Source of the DNA: Rebecca billardiae RCC1528
Lineage: Eukaryota; Protista; Haptophyta
Direction of reading: 5' to 3'
NCBI GenBank assembly: GCA_965240325.2
Contig: OZ251232.1
Location: forward strand, 496,001-560,000
Length of the DNA stretch: 64,000 nucleotides
Notes under the pieces: generated by a model
Databases searched by the model: none
Told to the model about the DNA's origin: nothing
Seen by the model: the letters and a program-made list of their open reading frames with translations, nothing else
Made by a program: the position numbers and the translations under genes
Shown: positions 12,209 to 24,337 of the stretch, piece by piece
Numbering within the stretch: position 1 is the first letter of the stretch
Layout of the letters: every line of letters starts with the position of its first letter

Positions 12209-12422
12209 GGCTCGCTCGCGGCGCGCGAGGGCGCCGCAGGCAGGGCGAGGAGCGGCCGTGCCGAGCGAGCGCCAGGGCGGGTGCAGCGCGGGAGTCCGAC
12301 CGCCCTTGGCGAGATTCGTCGCAAGTCCAGTTGCCGGCGCAGGGCCGCGCGCTTGGCCCGGCCCGGCTGCGGAGCTCGTCGTTGCCCGGCCGCATCGCCG
12401 ACGGTCGCGGCGTCGTGCGGAC

Positions 12423-15400
12423 ATGCCGCGCTCGAAGAGCCCGGCACATCCTCGGGCGGGTGACGCGCCGCCGGTGCCGCCCGCGGACGATGTGGCGCGT
12501 GGCCTCACGCCCCTGCGCCCGCCCACGGTCGAGCCGCCGCCGGACGCGGGTAGTGACCACGGCGGCGGCGGCCAGCTCACGCCCTCGCGCGTCAGCCCCG
12601 GCCAGCGGCTGTGGGGCCGCGCCGCGCGCGCGACGCTGGACCGGCTGAGCGACGACGACCTGCAGCGAGGCGCGGCCTTCGTGCTCGACGCCCTCCACGG
12701 CCGCCTCGAGTCCGGCCTCGCCGCCGTGCACGGCCAGCCGTGGCACGTGCGCCGCGCGTTTGCCGTGCAGACGCACTCGGGCTGGACGCTCGCCGTGGGC
12801 TGCGCGACCGCGGCGCACTGCGCGCTGCTCTTCGACGGCGTGCGCGCGCACGCGCGCGCGTGCGAGCTGCTCTGCCTCGCCGTCTACGCCTCGGACATCT
12901 GCCTCAAGGCGGCGTACATGGGGCGGCGCAAGTTTGGCTCGAAGCGGTGGCAGCTGCTGTACGCGTGGCTGTGCGCGCTGCTGGGGCTGGAGTGGGCGGC
13001 GTCGGTGGCGTGGGCGGGGCGCGCGCCGCGTGCGGTGCGGCTGCTCCGCGCGGCGCGCCCCGTCATCGCCGTCGTGCGCAACCGCACCGTCCGCCGCTTC
13101 TTCGACGCCGCGACGCGCGTGACGATCGAAGCCTCGCCCGTGCTCGCGGCCGGCGGCGCGTTTGCGCTCTGCATGGGCGCGGTGGGCGCGCGGCTGTTCG
13201 GCGCGCACGTGGACGCGCTGCGTGGGTCGACGGTGTCGGCGACGCGCGAGATCCTCACCCTCGTCCTCTCCCTCGACAACTACGCCGCGCTCTCGCCGTT
13301 CGTGCGCGCGGACGCGGAGGGCGCCGCGCCCGCGCCGCTCGCCGCCGCCACCGCCGATGCGCCGGGCGCGCGCCCCGCGCCGCTGGCGTGGGGCGGTGGC
13401 GGCGCGGCGGCGGCGGCGGGCGGCTGGGCCGCGCGGGCGGCGGCGTCGCTCCTCGCGCGCGCGGGCGCGGGCGGCGCCGAGCCCGCCAACCGCCCCGCCG
13501 CCCTCGAGCCCGCGGGCGGCGGCGCGCTGGCGCCTCACGGCCTCGGGTGCGCGCGCGCGCTCGACGGCGCGCGTGCGCTCTACGGCGCCTTCTTCGCCCT
13601 CGCCATCCTGGTGGGCGTGTGCTACCTGCTGCAGCTGGTGCTGGTGGTGACGATCCTGCACTTTGGCGCGATGACCCGCCGCCAGCTGCGCAGCGAGCGG
13701 CGCAAGCAGCTGCAGGCGCTCACCAGAGCGTACGCGACGCTCACGCCGCCGCCCGCGGCCGAGGGCGGCGCGGCGGCGGCCGGCGGCGCGCTCGGCTCGG
13801 CCGGCGGCGGCGCGAGCGGCGGCGGCGGCGGGCTCGACCGCTCGACGTGGCACCGGCTCTTCCCGCTGCTCCGCCCACCGCCGCGCGCCCGCCGCGCGTG
13901 GCCCCGCCTCGCGCGCGCCGCGCTCCCGCGGCCCAGCAGCGCCGCGCAGCAGCTGGCGCACTGGTGGGAGGCAGAGCTGTACTATGAGCTGCTGGCCAAT
14001 GGGGAACCGTTTATTGACGCGGTCGACTTCTTGAGGCTGCCGTACGTGCTGAGCGCGGACGTGAGGCTGAGCGCGGAGGAGGCCGAGGCGGAGCACGCCG
14101 CGAGGTACGGCGGCGCGCTCTCGCCCTCGCCGCTGCGCCAGCCCGCGGCGGCGGCGGACACCGAGCGGCCGGGCGGCGCGCCCGCGCCGCGCCGCCTCGG
14201 GTGCGCGTGGCAGTGCGAGGAGTGGCGCGCGGCAGCGGTCCGCACGCTCTCGCTGTGCACGCTCGCGGCGGAGCTGCTCACCCTGCTCGCCGACCTCGAC
14301 CGCACCGACGCGCCCGCGTGCGGCCCCGGCGGCGCCGAGCAGCCCGCGACGGCCGCGCTGCCCGAGGCGCCGTGCGCGCCCGCCGGCGCGGCGCGCGCGC
14401 GGCGCGTGGGCGCGGTGCTGTGCGCGCTCGCGCTCGCCACCGCCGCGGACGCGTGCGCGCAGAGCGCCGCGCTCGGCGGCGCGCGCCGCGTGCTCCGCGC
14501 CGCGCGGCGCGCGCTCGGCCTCGGCCCGGCCGCGCGCTCGCGCGCGCACCCGGCCGCGAGTGAGCTCTGTGTGATCGGCTCGCTCGCGTGCTCGGCGGCC
14601 GTGTATGGCGCGCGCGGCGCGCTGTGCGGCGCGCGCGCCGGCGCGGCGCCGCTCGCGCGCGCGGGGCTGTCCGCGCTGAGCGTGCTGCTCTGCTCGGTGC
14701 GCGCGTGCGCGGAGTGGGCGCCGGTGCGCGCCATGGCGTCGCCCTTCCTCACCGTGCTGCCCACGCTGCTCCAGCTCGTCCTCTTCGCGCTCCTCATCCT
14801 GCTGTCCTTCGGAGTGCTCGCGCACGCGCTGTTTGGAGGCGCCGTGCCGAGGCTGGACACGCTCGGCGGCTCGCTCGCGTGGCACGTGGGCCTGTTCCTG
14901 GGCGTGGGGCTGGGGGACGAGCTCGCGGCACCGGAGGGCGCGCCGCCGCCGTCCGGCCGCGCGCCCGAGCTGCTGCGCTGGTACGCGCACGGCTTCTACG
15001 TGGTCGGCCCTCTGATCGCCTTCAACCTGCTCGTGGCGCTGGTGGCCGACTTCCAGCTGGCGAGGGTGGTGGCGTCGACGGGGAAGGAGGCGGCGGGGGC
15101 GGGCGGCGCGCCGCGGGAGCCCGCGTGCGAGCGCGCGGGCTCCACCGACTCGCTCGCGCGCACCTCGACCGCCCTCGGCCACGCCGCGCAGCCGAGCGCG
15201 AGCGCGCGCCACAGCGTGGTCGCCTCGACCGTTGTGCGGCTGCTCAAGGGAGGCGGGCAGAGCGCCTCGCCCGCTGCTGCGGCCGCCGCCCGCGCCGCCG
15301 CCGGCGCCGCCGACGCCGCCGATGCGAGCGGCGACGTGGGCGGCGCCAACTCGGGCGCGCTCGCGAGCGCCGCGGCCGCAGCCGGCGCCGGCGCCGAGGG

Positions 15401-15689
15401 CCTCGGCGCGTGCGCAGACGGCGGCGCGGCGCGTGGCCGCGCGCCGCGCTTCAGCCTCTCAATGCGCAGGCCGACGCCCACCGGGCTGCAGCTGCTTCGC
15501 GAGCTGCAAGGCGCCGACGACCGCTCGGCCGACGGTGCGGGCGTGGCGTTCGTCGACCCGGAGGAGCTGCGCGCGTGCCAGCGGTACGCGCGCGTCGACC
15601 TGCTCGACGTGTTCGCCTCCCGCTGCCGCGAGTACATGGCGCTCGAGGGCTGGGCGAGCATCCTCGAGGGCGGCGCGAACGGCGAATGA
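12423..15689 (+). CDS. Divergent two-pore (TPC-like) cation channel
   Basis: N-terminal GAAFVLDALHGR resembles the TPC N-terminal motif. Two 6-TM repeats; S4-like RAVRLLRAARP; EF-hand-like linker (LANGEPFIDAVDF); S6-like GPLIAFNLLVALVADF. Confidence 0.65.
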   Translation: MPRSKSPAHPRAGDAPPVPPADDVARGLTPLRPPTVEPPPDAGSDHGGGGQLTPSRVSPGQRLWGRAARATLDRLSDDDLQRGAAFVLDALHGRLESGLAAVHGQPWHVRRAFAVQTHSGWTLAVGCATAAHCALLFDGVRAHARACELLCLAVYASDICLKAAYMGRRKFGSKRWQLLYAWLCALLGLEWAASVAWAGRAPRAVRLLRAARPVIAVVRNRTVRRFFDAATRVTIEASPVLAAGGAFALCMGAVGARLFGAHVDALRGSTVSATREILTLVLSLDNYAALSPFVRADAEGAAPAPLAAATADAPGARPAPLAWGGGGAAAAAGGWAARAAASLLARAGAGGAEPANRPAALEPAGGGALAPHGLGCARALDGARALYGAFFALAILVGVCYLLQLVLVVTILHFGAMTRRQLRSERRKQLQALTRAYATLTPPPAAEGGAAAAGGALGSAGGGASGGGGGLDRSTWHRLFPLLRPPPRARRAWPRLARAALPRPSSAAQQLAHWWEAELYYELLANGEPFIDAVDFLRLPYVLSADVRLSAEEAEAEHAARYGGALSPSPLRQPAAAADTERPGGAPAPRRLGCAWQCEEWRAAAVRTLSLCTLAAELLTLLADLDRTDAPACGPGGAEQPATAALPEAPCAPAGAARARRVGAVLCALALATAADACAQSAALGGARRVLRAARRALGLGPAARSRAHPAASELCVIGSLACSAAVYGARGALCGARAGAAPLARAGLSALSVLLCSVRACAEWAPVRAMASPFLTVLPTLLQLVLFALLILLSFGVLAHALFGGAVPRLDTLGGSLAWHVGLFLGVGLGDELAAPEGAPPPSGRAPELLRWYAHGFYVVGPLIAFNLLVALVADFQLARVVASTGKEAAGAGGAPREPACERAGSTDSLARTSTALGHAAQPSASARHSVVASTVVRLLKGGGQSASPAAAAAARAAAGAADAADASGDVGGANSGALASAAAAAGAGAEGLGACADGGAARGRAPRFSLSMRRPTPTGLQLLRELQGADDRSADGAGVAFVDPEELRACQRYARVDLLDVFASRCREYMALEGWASILEGGANGE

Positions 15690-16411
15690 TGATCGAAAAC
15701 GCGCTAGCATCTCCCCTTGCTGTACCGCAGTCTGCTTCTGTGCGAAGCGGATTTGGGTGGGCGACCGGCCGACCGCGGGGTCGTGCGCTCGGCGCGCTGA
15801 GCGGCATGACGGCGCAAGCGGGCACGCGCACGGCTGGGGGCATAGATCTTCGGGACCATTCCCAATCCCATCGACGACCCGAGCCTCACCGCCGCCGCCC
15901 TTCCCCCGTTCTCCTCACGCCTGTCACCTGTGCCACGGCGCCCCGGAGACGGAGTGCCAAACGAGCATTTGCCGTCGGACCGCGCTTTGCCCGCGTGAAC
16001 CGCGTCGACGCGGTGTCACGAGCCGGCAGCCACTGCCAGTGAAGCCGATTTTGGAATCACGGGTGCTCAAAACCGCGCTGCGGAGGCCATCGTCTGGCTG
16101 CGGCGCCGTGTGGGAGGGGTGTCACACCTTAATCGACGACGGTCGCTACCCGCCCGCCGGTCTGTAGGCTGCTAGCGCCCGTGGTGCTAGTTGACGCTTG
16201 CTTGCACCTGGCTGCCGTGCCGCCTGTGGTACTTTCCGCCATCGCACGCGCTCCACCGGAAGAGACCTGCAGACCGAGTTGAGTCATGGTTGAGTGGGCC
16301 ACGATGGATCACTTTACTATCCATACCATACTGCTTACAATCTTGAGCGCCCACCGCCCACCGCCCCCGCCGCCCGTCGACTGGCGTCCATCGCGCAGCG
16401 AAGTGACCACG

Positions 16412-18773
16412 ATGGCCCCCGCGCCGTGCGGCTGCGCCGCCGCCGGCGGGCACAGCGACACGGGCTCGGACACCGACGCGGACGACAGCGCGCTCGCAGG
16501 CGCGAGCCATCAGGACCGCCTCGCCCGCCACCCGTACCCGATGTACGTCGTGCGCGTGGCGGACGTGCTGAGCATGCGCGCGGCCGACGGGCTGCCGGCG
16601 CACCAGCAGCTGCGCGCGGACGGGCGCGCGCGCGTGTGGGACGGCGAGGGCGAGGTGCTCTTCGTCTCGCACGTCTGGGTCGGATCGGCGCATCCGGACC
16701 CGCACTATGGTCGCGAGTACGACCCCGACGCCGACGGCGACGAGGGCGGCGGCGGCGGATACCTCACGCGCGTGTCGCAGTTTGCCGCGCTGCAGCGCGC
16801 GCTCGGCGCGCTCGCGCGCGGCGAGCACGAGACGCCGCATCACCCGTCGGTGGGGCCCATGCACAGCCTGGTCGTCCGAACCGCCGCGCAGTGGCGCGCG
16901 CTGCTCGCCGCCCCCGACACGTACGTGTGGCTCGACTGGTTCTGCGCGCCGCAGCCGGCGGTCGAGCGAGGGCGCGCGGGCGAGCGCGCGGCGCGCCGCC
17001 AGCTGCGCAAGGCGGTGGCGGGGCTGCACACGTACATCGCCCGCGCGGCGCAGCTGCTGATCCTCGCGCCGCCCGTCCAGCACGAGTCAGGCGCGCGCTG
17101 GTGCACGTACGACGCGTGGCTCGGCCGCGGCTGGTGCCGGCTCGAGGCGGCGGTGCATGCGCTCGCGGGCAGCGCGGCGCGGCCCACGGCGCCTGTGCTG
17201 GTGCAGGGCGGCACCGGGCCGCGCGCGGTGCTCGTGGTGCCGCCCGCCGGGATCTCCGCGCCCGTGGGGCAGGGCGAGCTCACGGTCGAGAGCGACCGCG
17301 CCTCGGTCAGCGCCGTGCTGCGCGCCTTCCTCTCGCGCCGCATCGCCGCGCTCGGCAGCTCCGTCGACGAGCCCGGCCGCGGCGCGGACGGGCGCCGTGA
17401 CGAGCTCACGCGCTACCGGCTGCTGCGCGCGCAGCGCCACGTGCTGCTCACGGGGCTGCCCGCGCCGCGCGACGCGCGCGACGACCCGCTCAGCCGGCTG
17501 AGCGCGGAGGAGGCCGATTGGCCCGGCTTCGCCGCCGCGCTGCGCCTGCCCGGCGGCGAGCGCGGCGTGTCCGCGCGGTGCGAGTCTGGGTTTGCGCCGC
17601 TGCACTGGGCGGTGATGGCCGACCGGCCGCACCTCGTGCAGGGGCTGCTCGCGCGCGGCGCCGACCCCAACGCCGAGCGCACGGGCGACCTGGCGAAGGG
17701 CCTGGCCATGGTGTACTTGAAGGCGTTGACCGGCGCGCCCCTCGCGCGCGGCTTCAACGACGAGCACAGCCTGATGCTCTTCATGGACACGGTGCGGCCG
17801 CTCGACATCGCGTGCGCGTTTGCGTCGGGGGCGGTGGTGCGCGCGCTGCTGCACGCGCGCGCCGATGCGCACCAGCTCTCGGTGGTGAGCGGCGGCACGG
17901 CGCTCAGCTGGGCAGCGGCGACGGGAAACGTGGAGGCGATACACGAGCTCTTCGCCCATCTCGGCCCGGCGTACGCGGCGTTCCCGCCCGTGCTCGCCGG
18001 CACGGCCCACCGCGCGCCCCTGATCGCGACGCTGAGCGGGCAGTCTGGCGCGCTGCGGCTGCTCGTGCAGAGCGGTGCGCCCGTGCTCTCGGAGAAGACG
18101 GTGGGCGAGCACCACATGCGCGTGAGCGAGCTGCACGCCGCGGCGCTGTGTGGGATGCACGACGTGCTGTACGATCTGCTGCAGCTGCCCAGCGCGCGCG
18201 CATACCTCTCGCACCTCCCGCGCGCCAACTTGTGCGCGCGCCCCGCGCCCGCGCCCCGCGCGCCGTGCGCGCGCGCGCGCGTGCACTGCCAACGCGCGCG
18301 AGCACGCCGCATCCCGCGCACACAGGCCGAAGCTCAGCATGGAGCGCCTCTTCCTCGGCATCGCGGACGCGTGGCTGGCGCTGGACCCGCGCGAGCGCAC
18401 GTTTGAGCGCGCCTTCTTCCACGAGTACCTCGAGGGCACGCCGCTGCACGCGGCGACCGCGTTCAACAGCGCGCCATGCGTCGAGCTGCTGCTCACGTAC
18501 GGCGCCGACCCGACGCAGCGCTCGCGCCGCGGCGAGACGGCCGCCCAGCTGGCGCACCGGGCTGGCATGCGCGACCTCGCCGCACGGCTGCGCTCCGCCG
18601 AGCGCGACTTTGTCGCTGGCAAGCAGCCCGCCCCGTTGCAGCTCGTCGAGCCGCGCGCGTCGGCGGACGCGATGCAGCGGCGGCATCCGCTGCCGCTGGC
18701 AAACCAGCAGCACTCGCAGAGTCGCGACAGCGACGCTCGGCGGCAGTCGTACCGGCGGCGACTATTTCTCTGA
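16412..18773 (+). CDS. HET-like domain + ankyrin repeat protein (intron 18232-18325)
   Basis: LFVSHVW..HPDP, YVWLDWFCAPQ and RGWCRLE motifs, then ankyrin repeats (APLHWAV..GADPN, TALSWAA..GN, TPLHAAT..GADP). Splicing joins ANL to PKLSMERL. Confidence 0.8.
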
Positions 18774-18925
18774 TATTGATGAAGCAGGCCGTGTCGTCAG
18801 GCCCTCGCCGAGTCGCCGACCGGGTCCGGGACGGGCGCGGGCTGGCATCCATGATGCCAACTGATTCGCGGGCGGACGACGACTTGCGGCCTCTCCGCTG
18901 CTCTCGCCCTCGCCCTCGGAGTCGA

Positions 18926-19021
18926 TCGGACGCGGAGTCTGGTCCTGGTGGACCTGCCGTCTGTCCTGCGGCGTCGGACGCGGAGTCTGGTCCTGGTGGA
19001 CCTGCCGTCTGTCCTGCGGCG
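18926..19021. repeat. Tandem duplication, 2 x 48 bp
   Basis: tcggacgcggagtctggtcctggtggacctgccgtctgtcctgcggcg occurs twice in tandem. Confidence 0.9.
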
Positions 19022-19585
19022 CTGGCTGCGGTCATCATCCGGGACCGGGCGCGACGAGTGACGCGCCGCGACGACGAATCGCGTAGTCAGTCGTCGTCGA
19101 TTCATCACGATTGACACTTTGACTCACTGTTTGAAGTCACAATGGTCGTAGTATATAGTATATCGTCATCGCGATCTATAGAGTAATGCTGCTAAACTTA
19201 TGTGCTACACTCTACTAGCTCAGTCGGCGCGGTTAATTATATACACTGTTACAGTCGCGGCTATGGCAGGCTGTACTGTATATATACCGTGATTGACTCT
19301 GATGAGTGACTCAGTGCCGGGGCCCGCCAGGCGCCACCGCGCCAGTGACGACTCACTCAGACGAGTAATCACTTAATAATATGTGGCCGCGCGGTCATAA
19401 TAATCGTCGACGATCTGACAGTAGTATATATGTGACCAGTTTACGACTCACGACTGTCACCCCCTGACCCTGACCCTAGATCGTCCGTCGGCATCATCTG
19501 TCAAGTGGCATCATCAGTCGCCAGTCGATCGCACAGGCCCGGCCCCAAACTGCGGCCGGTGCTGGCCGTTTGGAGTGAGTGAGTG

Positions 19586-20293
19586 CTACGCAGCTCCTGT
19601 GAACTTGTCGTCGTACCACATCGCCGTCGGCGAGTTGCGCACGGACACCTTCGCGCGCGGAGCCTTCTCGTATCCGAGCGAGACGACGACGGGCACCGCG
19701 TACCGCTCAGGCAGCCCGACCGCCTCGCGGATGGCCTTCTGGCCCTCTTTGGGCGAGAACCCCTCCATCGGGTTGGTCGCCAGCCCGTGCGCGGTCGCGG
19801 CGAGCAGGAAGGTGGAGACGGCGAACGAGGTCTGCTTGAAGGCCCACGCCTCCGGGGTGGTGCACTGCCCCAGGAACAGTGGCAAGGCGTTCTTGACGAA
19901 CTCTGGCGTCGCGTCGGTGAAGAGCTTCTGCGGCTGCGTGTCCGCGGCAAACACGATGTTGACCGGCGACGAGTCCGCCTTGGGCTGATTGCCCGGCGCG
20001 AGCGCGCTGACGAGCTTGGCCTTTGCCGCGGGCTCGCGCACGACGACCGCCACCCACGGCTGCGTGTTGAAGCTGGTCGGAGAGCGCTGCGTGAGCTCGA
20101 TCAGCTTGGACAGAAGAGCGTCCGGGACCGGGCGCGCGGGGTCGAACTCCTTGCACGCGTAGCGCGCGTTCACGAGATTTGTGAAGGCCTCCGCCGGCGT
20201 CGGCGTGCGCGAGAAGCCGCCGAGCACCAGCGCGAGCGCGACACCGCCGACGACGATCGCGCCGAGCGTGCGCGGATCCGCGAGCTGGTCCAT
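19586..20293 (-). CDS. Nitroreductase (FMN-dependent) with N-terminal membrane anchor
   Basis: RYACKEFD, RSPTSFNTQPW, GLATNPMEGF, VVVSLGY; hydrophobic N-terminal helix. Confidence 0.9.
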   Translation of the reverse strand: MDQLADPRTLGAIVVGGVALALVLGGFSRTPTPAEAFTNLVNARYACKEFDPARPVPDALLSKLIELTQRSPTSFNTQPWVAVVVREPAAKAKLVSALAPGNQPKADSSPVNIVFAADTQPQKLFTDATPEFVKNALPLFLGQCTTPEAWAFKQTSFAVSTFLLAATAHGLATNPMEGFSPKEGQKAIREAVGLPERYAVPVVVSLGYEKAPRAKVSVRNSPTAMWYDDKFTGAA

Positions 20294-21489
20294 TTTCGCC
20301 GATGTGGTCGTTCGATCCTTGGTCCGTCCTCGCCAAAAAAGCCTGCTCCAAAGCAGGCAAAGCTCCAAAAGGCGCGGAAGTTTCGCCGAAAGCGACGAAC
20401 CTGGGCGCTCTCGCCGGGCGCGCAGTCTTTCACGGCGCGAGGAGAGTTTTCAGTTTTCGCCCGCGAGGGAGGCTCGCCAGCGCGGGCCACCCGCCGCTGA
20501 ACATTGGCTGTGAAACAACACCGTGAACACGTGCGCCCACAACCTCCCGACGGACCTGGGCACTGACGCCGGCGGTCTGCGGAGAGGAGCACAGCAGGGC
20601 GTTGGGTCATCGCATACGCATAGTAGTACCGTAGCTGTTGCCAAGCACTGACACTCGCATGAGTACACGATGTACTTGGTGTGGTGCCAAGCTGCAAGCA
20701 CTCACTCGCATGTACTTGCGGCCAGAATGTGCGCGCCACACTATGTGAGCCGAAGCGGAAATCTCATGGCTCGTGCCACGCTGTGAGCTTCGTGAGCCAC
20801 TAACCCTGTGACTCGCTGAATGCTAGAGCGCGGCGCAGCCATATCCAGCTCATGTGCAGCGTGCAGCGCCGATCTTGCCACACGTCATGTGGTGACTACT
20901 GTCTCGCTGATGGGCGCACCATTCATGCATGCACAGTCCCTCCACTCCTGCACTCCGTGCGCGGCTCAATGACAATGAGCACGCATCACGCGCAGCTCGC
21001 CTCGCAAGCATCTACCTCATGCCACGGCTCGCGCGAAATGCGGTCGCGCGGCCCGGTTGTGCATGGATTGAGCAGGCTACAAAGGTATGGAGACTAGTCC
21101 AGCAAAAGGCACGTGGCGTCTGCTGCATCAGAGGCTGGTCTTGAATGACTTGAATCCTCGTGCACAACCGCCCTCCGGCTCGGCTCAGGGCAAGCTATGC
21201 AGACATCCCACATCCGCGGGGACAGGAGCCGCGCTGCGTCACGAGTCGAGGCACAGGCACTCATGAAACACGTCTCTTGCGATTCCACCCGAGGGCTGGC
21301 GAGGCCAACCTTCCATCGATGCCGCCTCCTTTCCCACCTGGCCCACCCAACGGTGGGTTTGCCGGACGCCAACCGAGCGGGAGGGGAACCACCCTGACCA
21401 GTCCGGTGCTTTGACGCAGCAGTGCCCCGACCGGTACTGACCGGTAACCCCTGCACGATCGCAAGACCGAGCTCGGCAGGCGGCGCAGC

Positions 21490-23889
21490 ATGGCGTCGAA
21501 AGCTTCCGCGCCAGGCGCGACCCTGGAGCGGTTGCGCAGCCTCGTTGGCGACAGCCTGGGCAAGCACATGTATGCGAATGCGGTGTTCTTCGCGGACAAG
21601 CTCGTCTCCATCTCGGGCGGTGCGTGCGGCCCGCGCTGATCCCGGGTGTGCTCGCGCAGGTGCTCCGGCGCTGACCCTTGGCGAGCGCGTGCGCTCGCGC
21701 CCGCGGCCCGCGGATCCCTTCGGCGGCAGGCCACGCGGACGACGTGTACCGATTAGCGCAGGCGTATTTCTACACCAAGCAGTACCGCCGCGCCGTGCAC
21801 GTGCTGCGCGCCTACAGCATCTCCCAATCATCCGTGCGCTGCTGCTACCTCTCGGCCAAGTGCTTGCTCGAGTCGCGCGACTACGACGAGGCGCTGGCGC
21901 TGGTCGCGCGCGGGCTCGACCTGGTGCAGGAGGAGGAGGGGAGCAGCGCGCGCGCCCATGGCGCCGAGGGCCGCCTCAGCTCCGCCGCGTGCCTGCACCT
22001 CGTCGCCGCGCGCGCGCACACCGCGCAGGACTGCCTGTCGCTCGCCGCGCGGCAGTACGTGCTCGCCGTGCAAGCGGACGTGTTCTGCGTCGAGGCGATC
22101 GACGTGCGCGCGCGCGCGCTGCTGGCGGCCAGGCGACGCGCCCGTCCGCTGCCCTCCTCGCCCAGCGGCGGCCGCGCGCCGGCCGACCCCGCCCGCCGCC
22201 TCACGCACCCTGCGCGTGCCGCCTGACGCGCCGCGCCGCCCCGCCGCCCTCGGCCGCAGGCGCTGCTCGCGCACCGCATGCTGGCGAGCGAGCAGCAGGC
22301 GCTGCTGCTGCAGGAGCTGCTACGGCGGGTGCCGTCGTCTGATGCGTGGCTGGCCTGCTACTACCGCTGCAAGCTCGACCAGTCCTTCGCCCTCGAGCTC
22401 TCCGACACGGTCGGCGCCGTCGGCGCGTCAGGCGGCGGCGTCGCGGTGACTGTGGCTCGGCAGCCCCACCCGTATGCGGCGCACGTGCACCCGTCGTCGA
22501 CGGAGGGGGCGGCCCCCGCGCTGGGCGTCGGCGGCGGCGTCGGCGGCGGCTCGGCAGCGCCGGACCCCGCCCCGCGCGCGAGGCCCTCCGCCTCCGCACA
22601 GCGCGCGCACACCGAGACGTTTGGGCTGGAGCACAACTCGGACGTCCTCTCCTCGATCGCAGAGTCGCACTACGACGTGGGCGACTACGTGGCGGCGTAC
22701 GCGATCAGCTCGCGCGTGCTGCAGGCGGACCCGTACGAGCTGGCGTGCGTGCCCGTGCACTGCTGCACCCTGCTCCAGCTGCGGCGCAAGCCCGAGCTCT
22801 TCGCCCTCGCGCACAAGCTCGTCGAGGGCTACCCTCAGCGCGCAGAGTCGTGGTTTGGTGCGCGGGGCGCGCGCGCGCCTGGCCGCGAGGGCCCCGCTGC
22901 GGCGGCGCGCGGCGGCGCGCCGCGCCACCGCACGCGCGCTCCGCGGCGCCAACCCGCGGCGCGGCGCTCTCCGCGCGACGCGCGCGCGCGCGCGCGCAGC
23001 CGTGGGCGTGTACTACCACCTGATCGGCGAGCACGAGAACGCGCGCCGCTACTTCTCAAAGGCGACCTCGCTGCAGCACCACTTTGTGCCCGCGTGGGTG
23101 GGATTCGCGCACGCGTTCGCCGCGCAGGACGAGTCGGACCAGGCGATGGTCGCGTACCGCACGGCGACGCGGCTCTTCGCGGGCTGCCCGCTGCCGTGGC
23201 TCGGCATCGGCGTCGAGTACCTGCGCACCAACCACCACGCCCTCGCCGAGCAGTACATCCGGCAGGCGCACGCGCTCGCGCCCGAGCACCCGCTCGTGCT
23301 GCACGAGCTGGGCGTGGTGCACTACTGCAAGGGCGAGTACGAGGACGCGTGCGCGGCGTTCGGCGCGGTCGCGCACGCGGCGGGGCACAGGGCGCCCGCG
23401 GCGGCGGCGGAGGCGCGGGAGCCCTCCCTGTGCAACCTGGGGCACTCGTACCGCAAGCTCGGCCGGTACGCCGAGGCGGTGCGCTGCTACGAGGACGCGC
23501 TCGCCATCTCGCCGCACGCGCCCGCCACGTACGCCGCGCTCGGCTTTGCGTGCCAGCTGATGGGCGACCTGCACGCCGCCATCGTGCACTACCACCAGGC
23601 GCTCGCGCTGCGGCCGGACGACACGTTCACCGCCGAGATGCTCACGCGCGCGCTCGAGGAGGCGCTGGACGGCGACCCGTACGAGCTCGGCCCCGGCACT
23701 GGCAGCGCCCACTTTGCGCCGCCCGTCCCGCCGGCCGGCCGAGCCGGGCTGAGCGGAGCTGCGTCGGGCCGGGCGACGCGCGCGGCCGCTGGCAGCGGCG
23801 CGCGAGTGCCGCGCACGCGCGCCTCGGTGGCGGACGTACGCGACGACGACACCGATGAGCTGCCGGACATGGAGGTGACGGCGACATAG
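21490..23889 (+). CDS. CDC16: Anaphase-promoting complex subunit 6 (exons 21490-21619, 21730-22103, 22260-22857, 23000-23889)
   Basis: HMYANAVFFADK, LFALAHKLVEGYPQRAESWFAVGVYY, ARRYFSKAT, AWVGFAHAFAAQDESDQAMVAYRTATRLFAGC, LHELGVV, NLGHSYRKL; three GT-AG introns keep the frame. Confidence 0.95.
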
Positions 23890-24337
23890 CCGGCGCACCG
23901 CCCGGCCTCCTGGTCAGCCAACCTCCTCGGGCGCGCCTCGGTCCAACGCTCCAGGCGCCGATGATGCTTGGCATCGCCATCGTCCACTCCGGTCTGACCG
24001 CACGATACCTGTTCGAACGACGCGGCGGACGCTTCGACCTTGCCATTGGCAGCCTCGTCGGGCCCTCAACTGCCGCAAAACCTGCAACTGCCACTACACT
24101 CTCTGAAGCAGGACGACACGAGGGCCTCACACGAGCCGAGGGCTCGGAGGAGCGATCCAGATCCGGCAGTCAGACTCAGCCGGAGACGCGTCACGAAGTA
24201 ATACACGAGACGGCCGGACGAGACCTACTTCATATGCACTCGGGTCTCGGCCACTCGCGCCGCCTGCGACGGCCGCCTGGTAGTATTGAGTATCTACTAT
24301 CACCGTATAGCGCTGAGCTATATACAACTTTATTTTA

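Noticed and set aside
19461-19479. ccctgaccctgaccctag as an interstitial telomeric repeat
   Set aside because: Only three imperfect units; could be chance.
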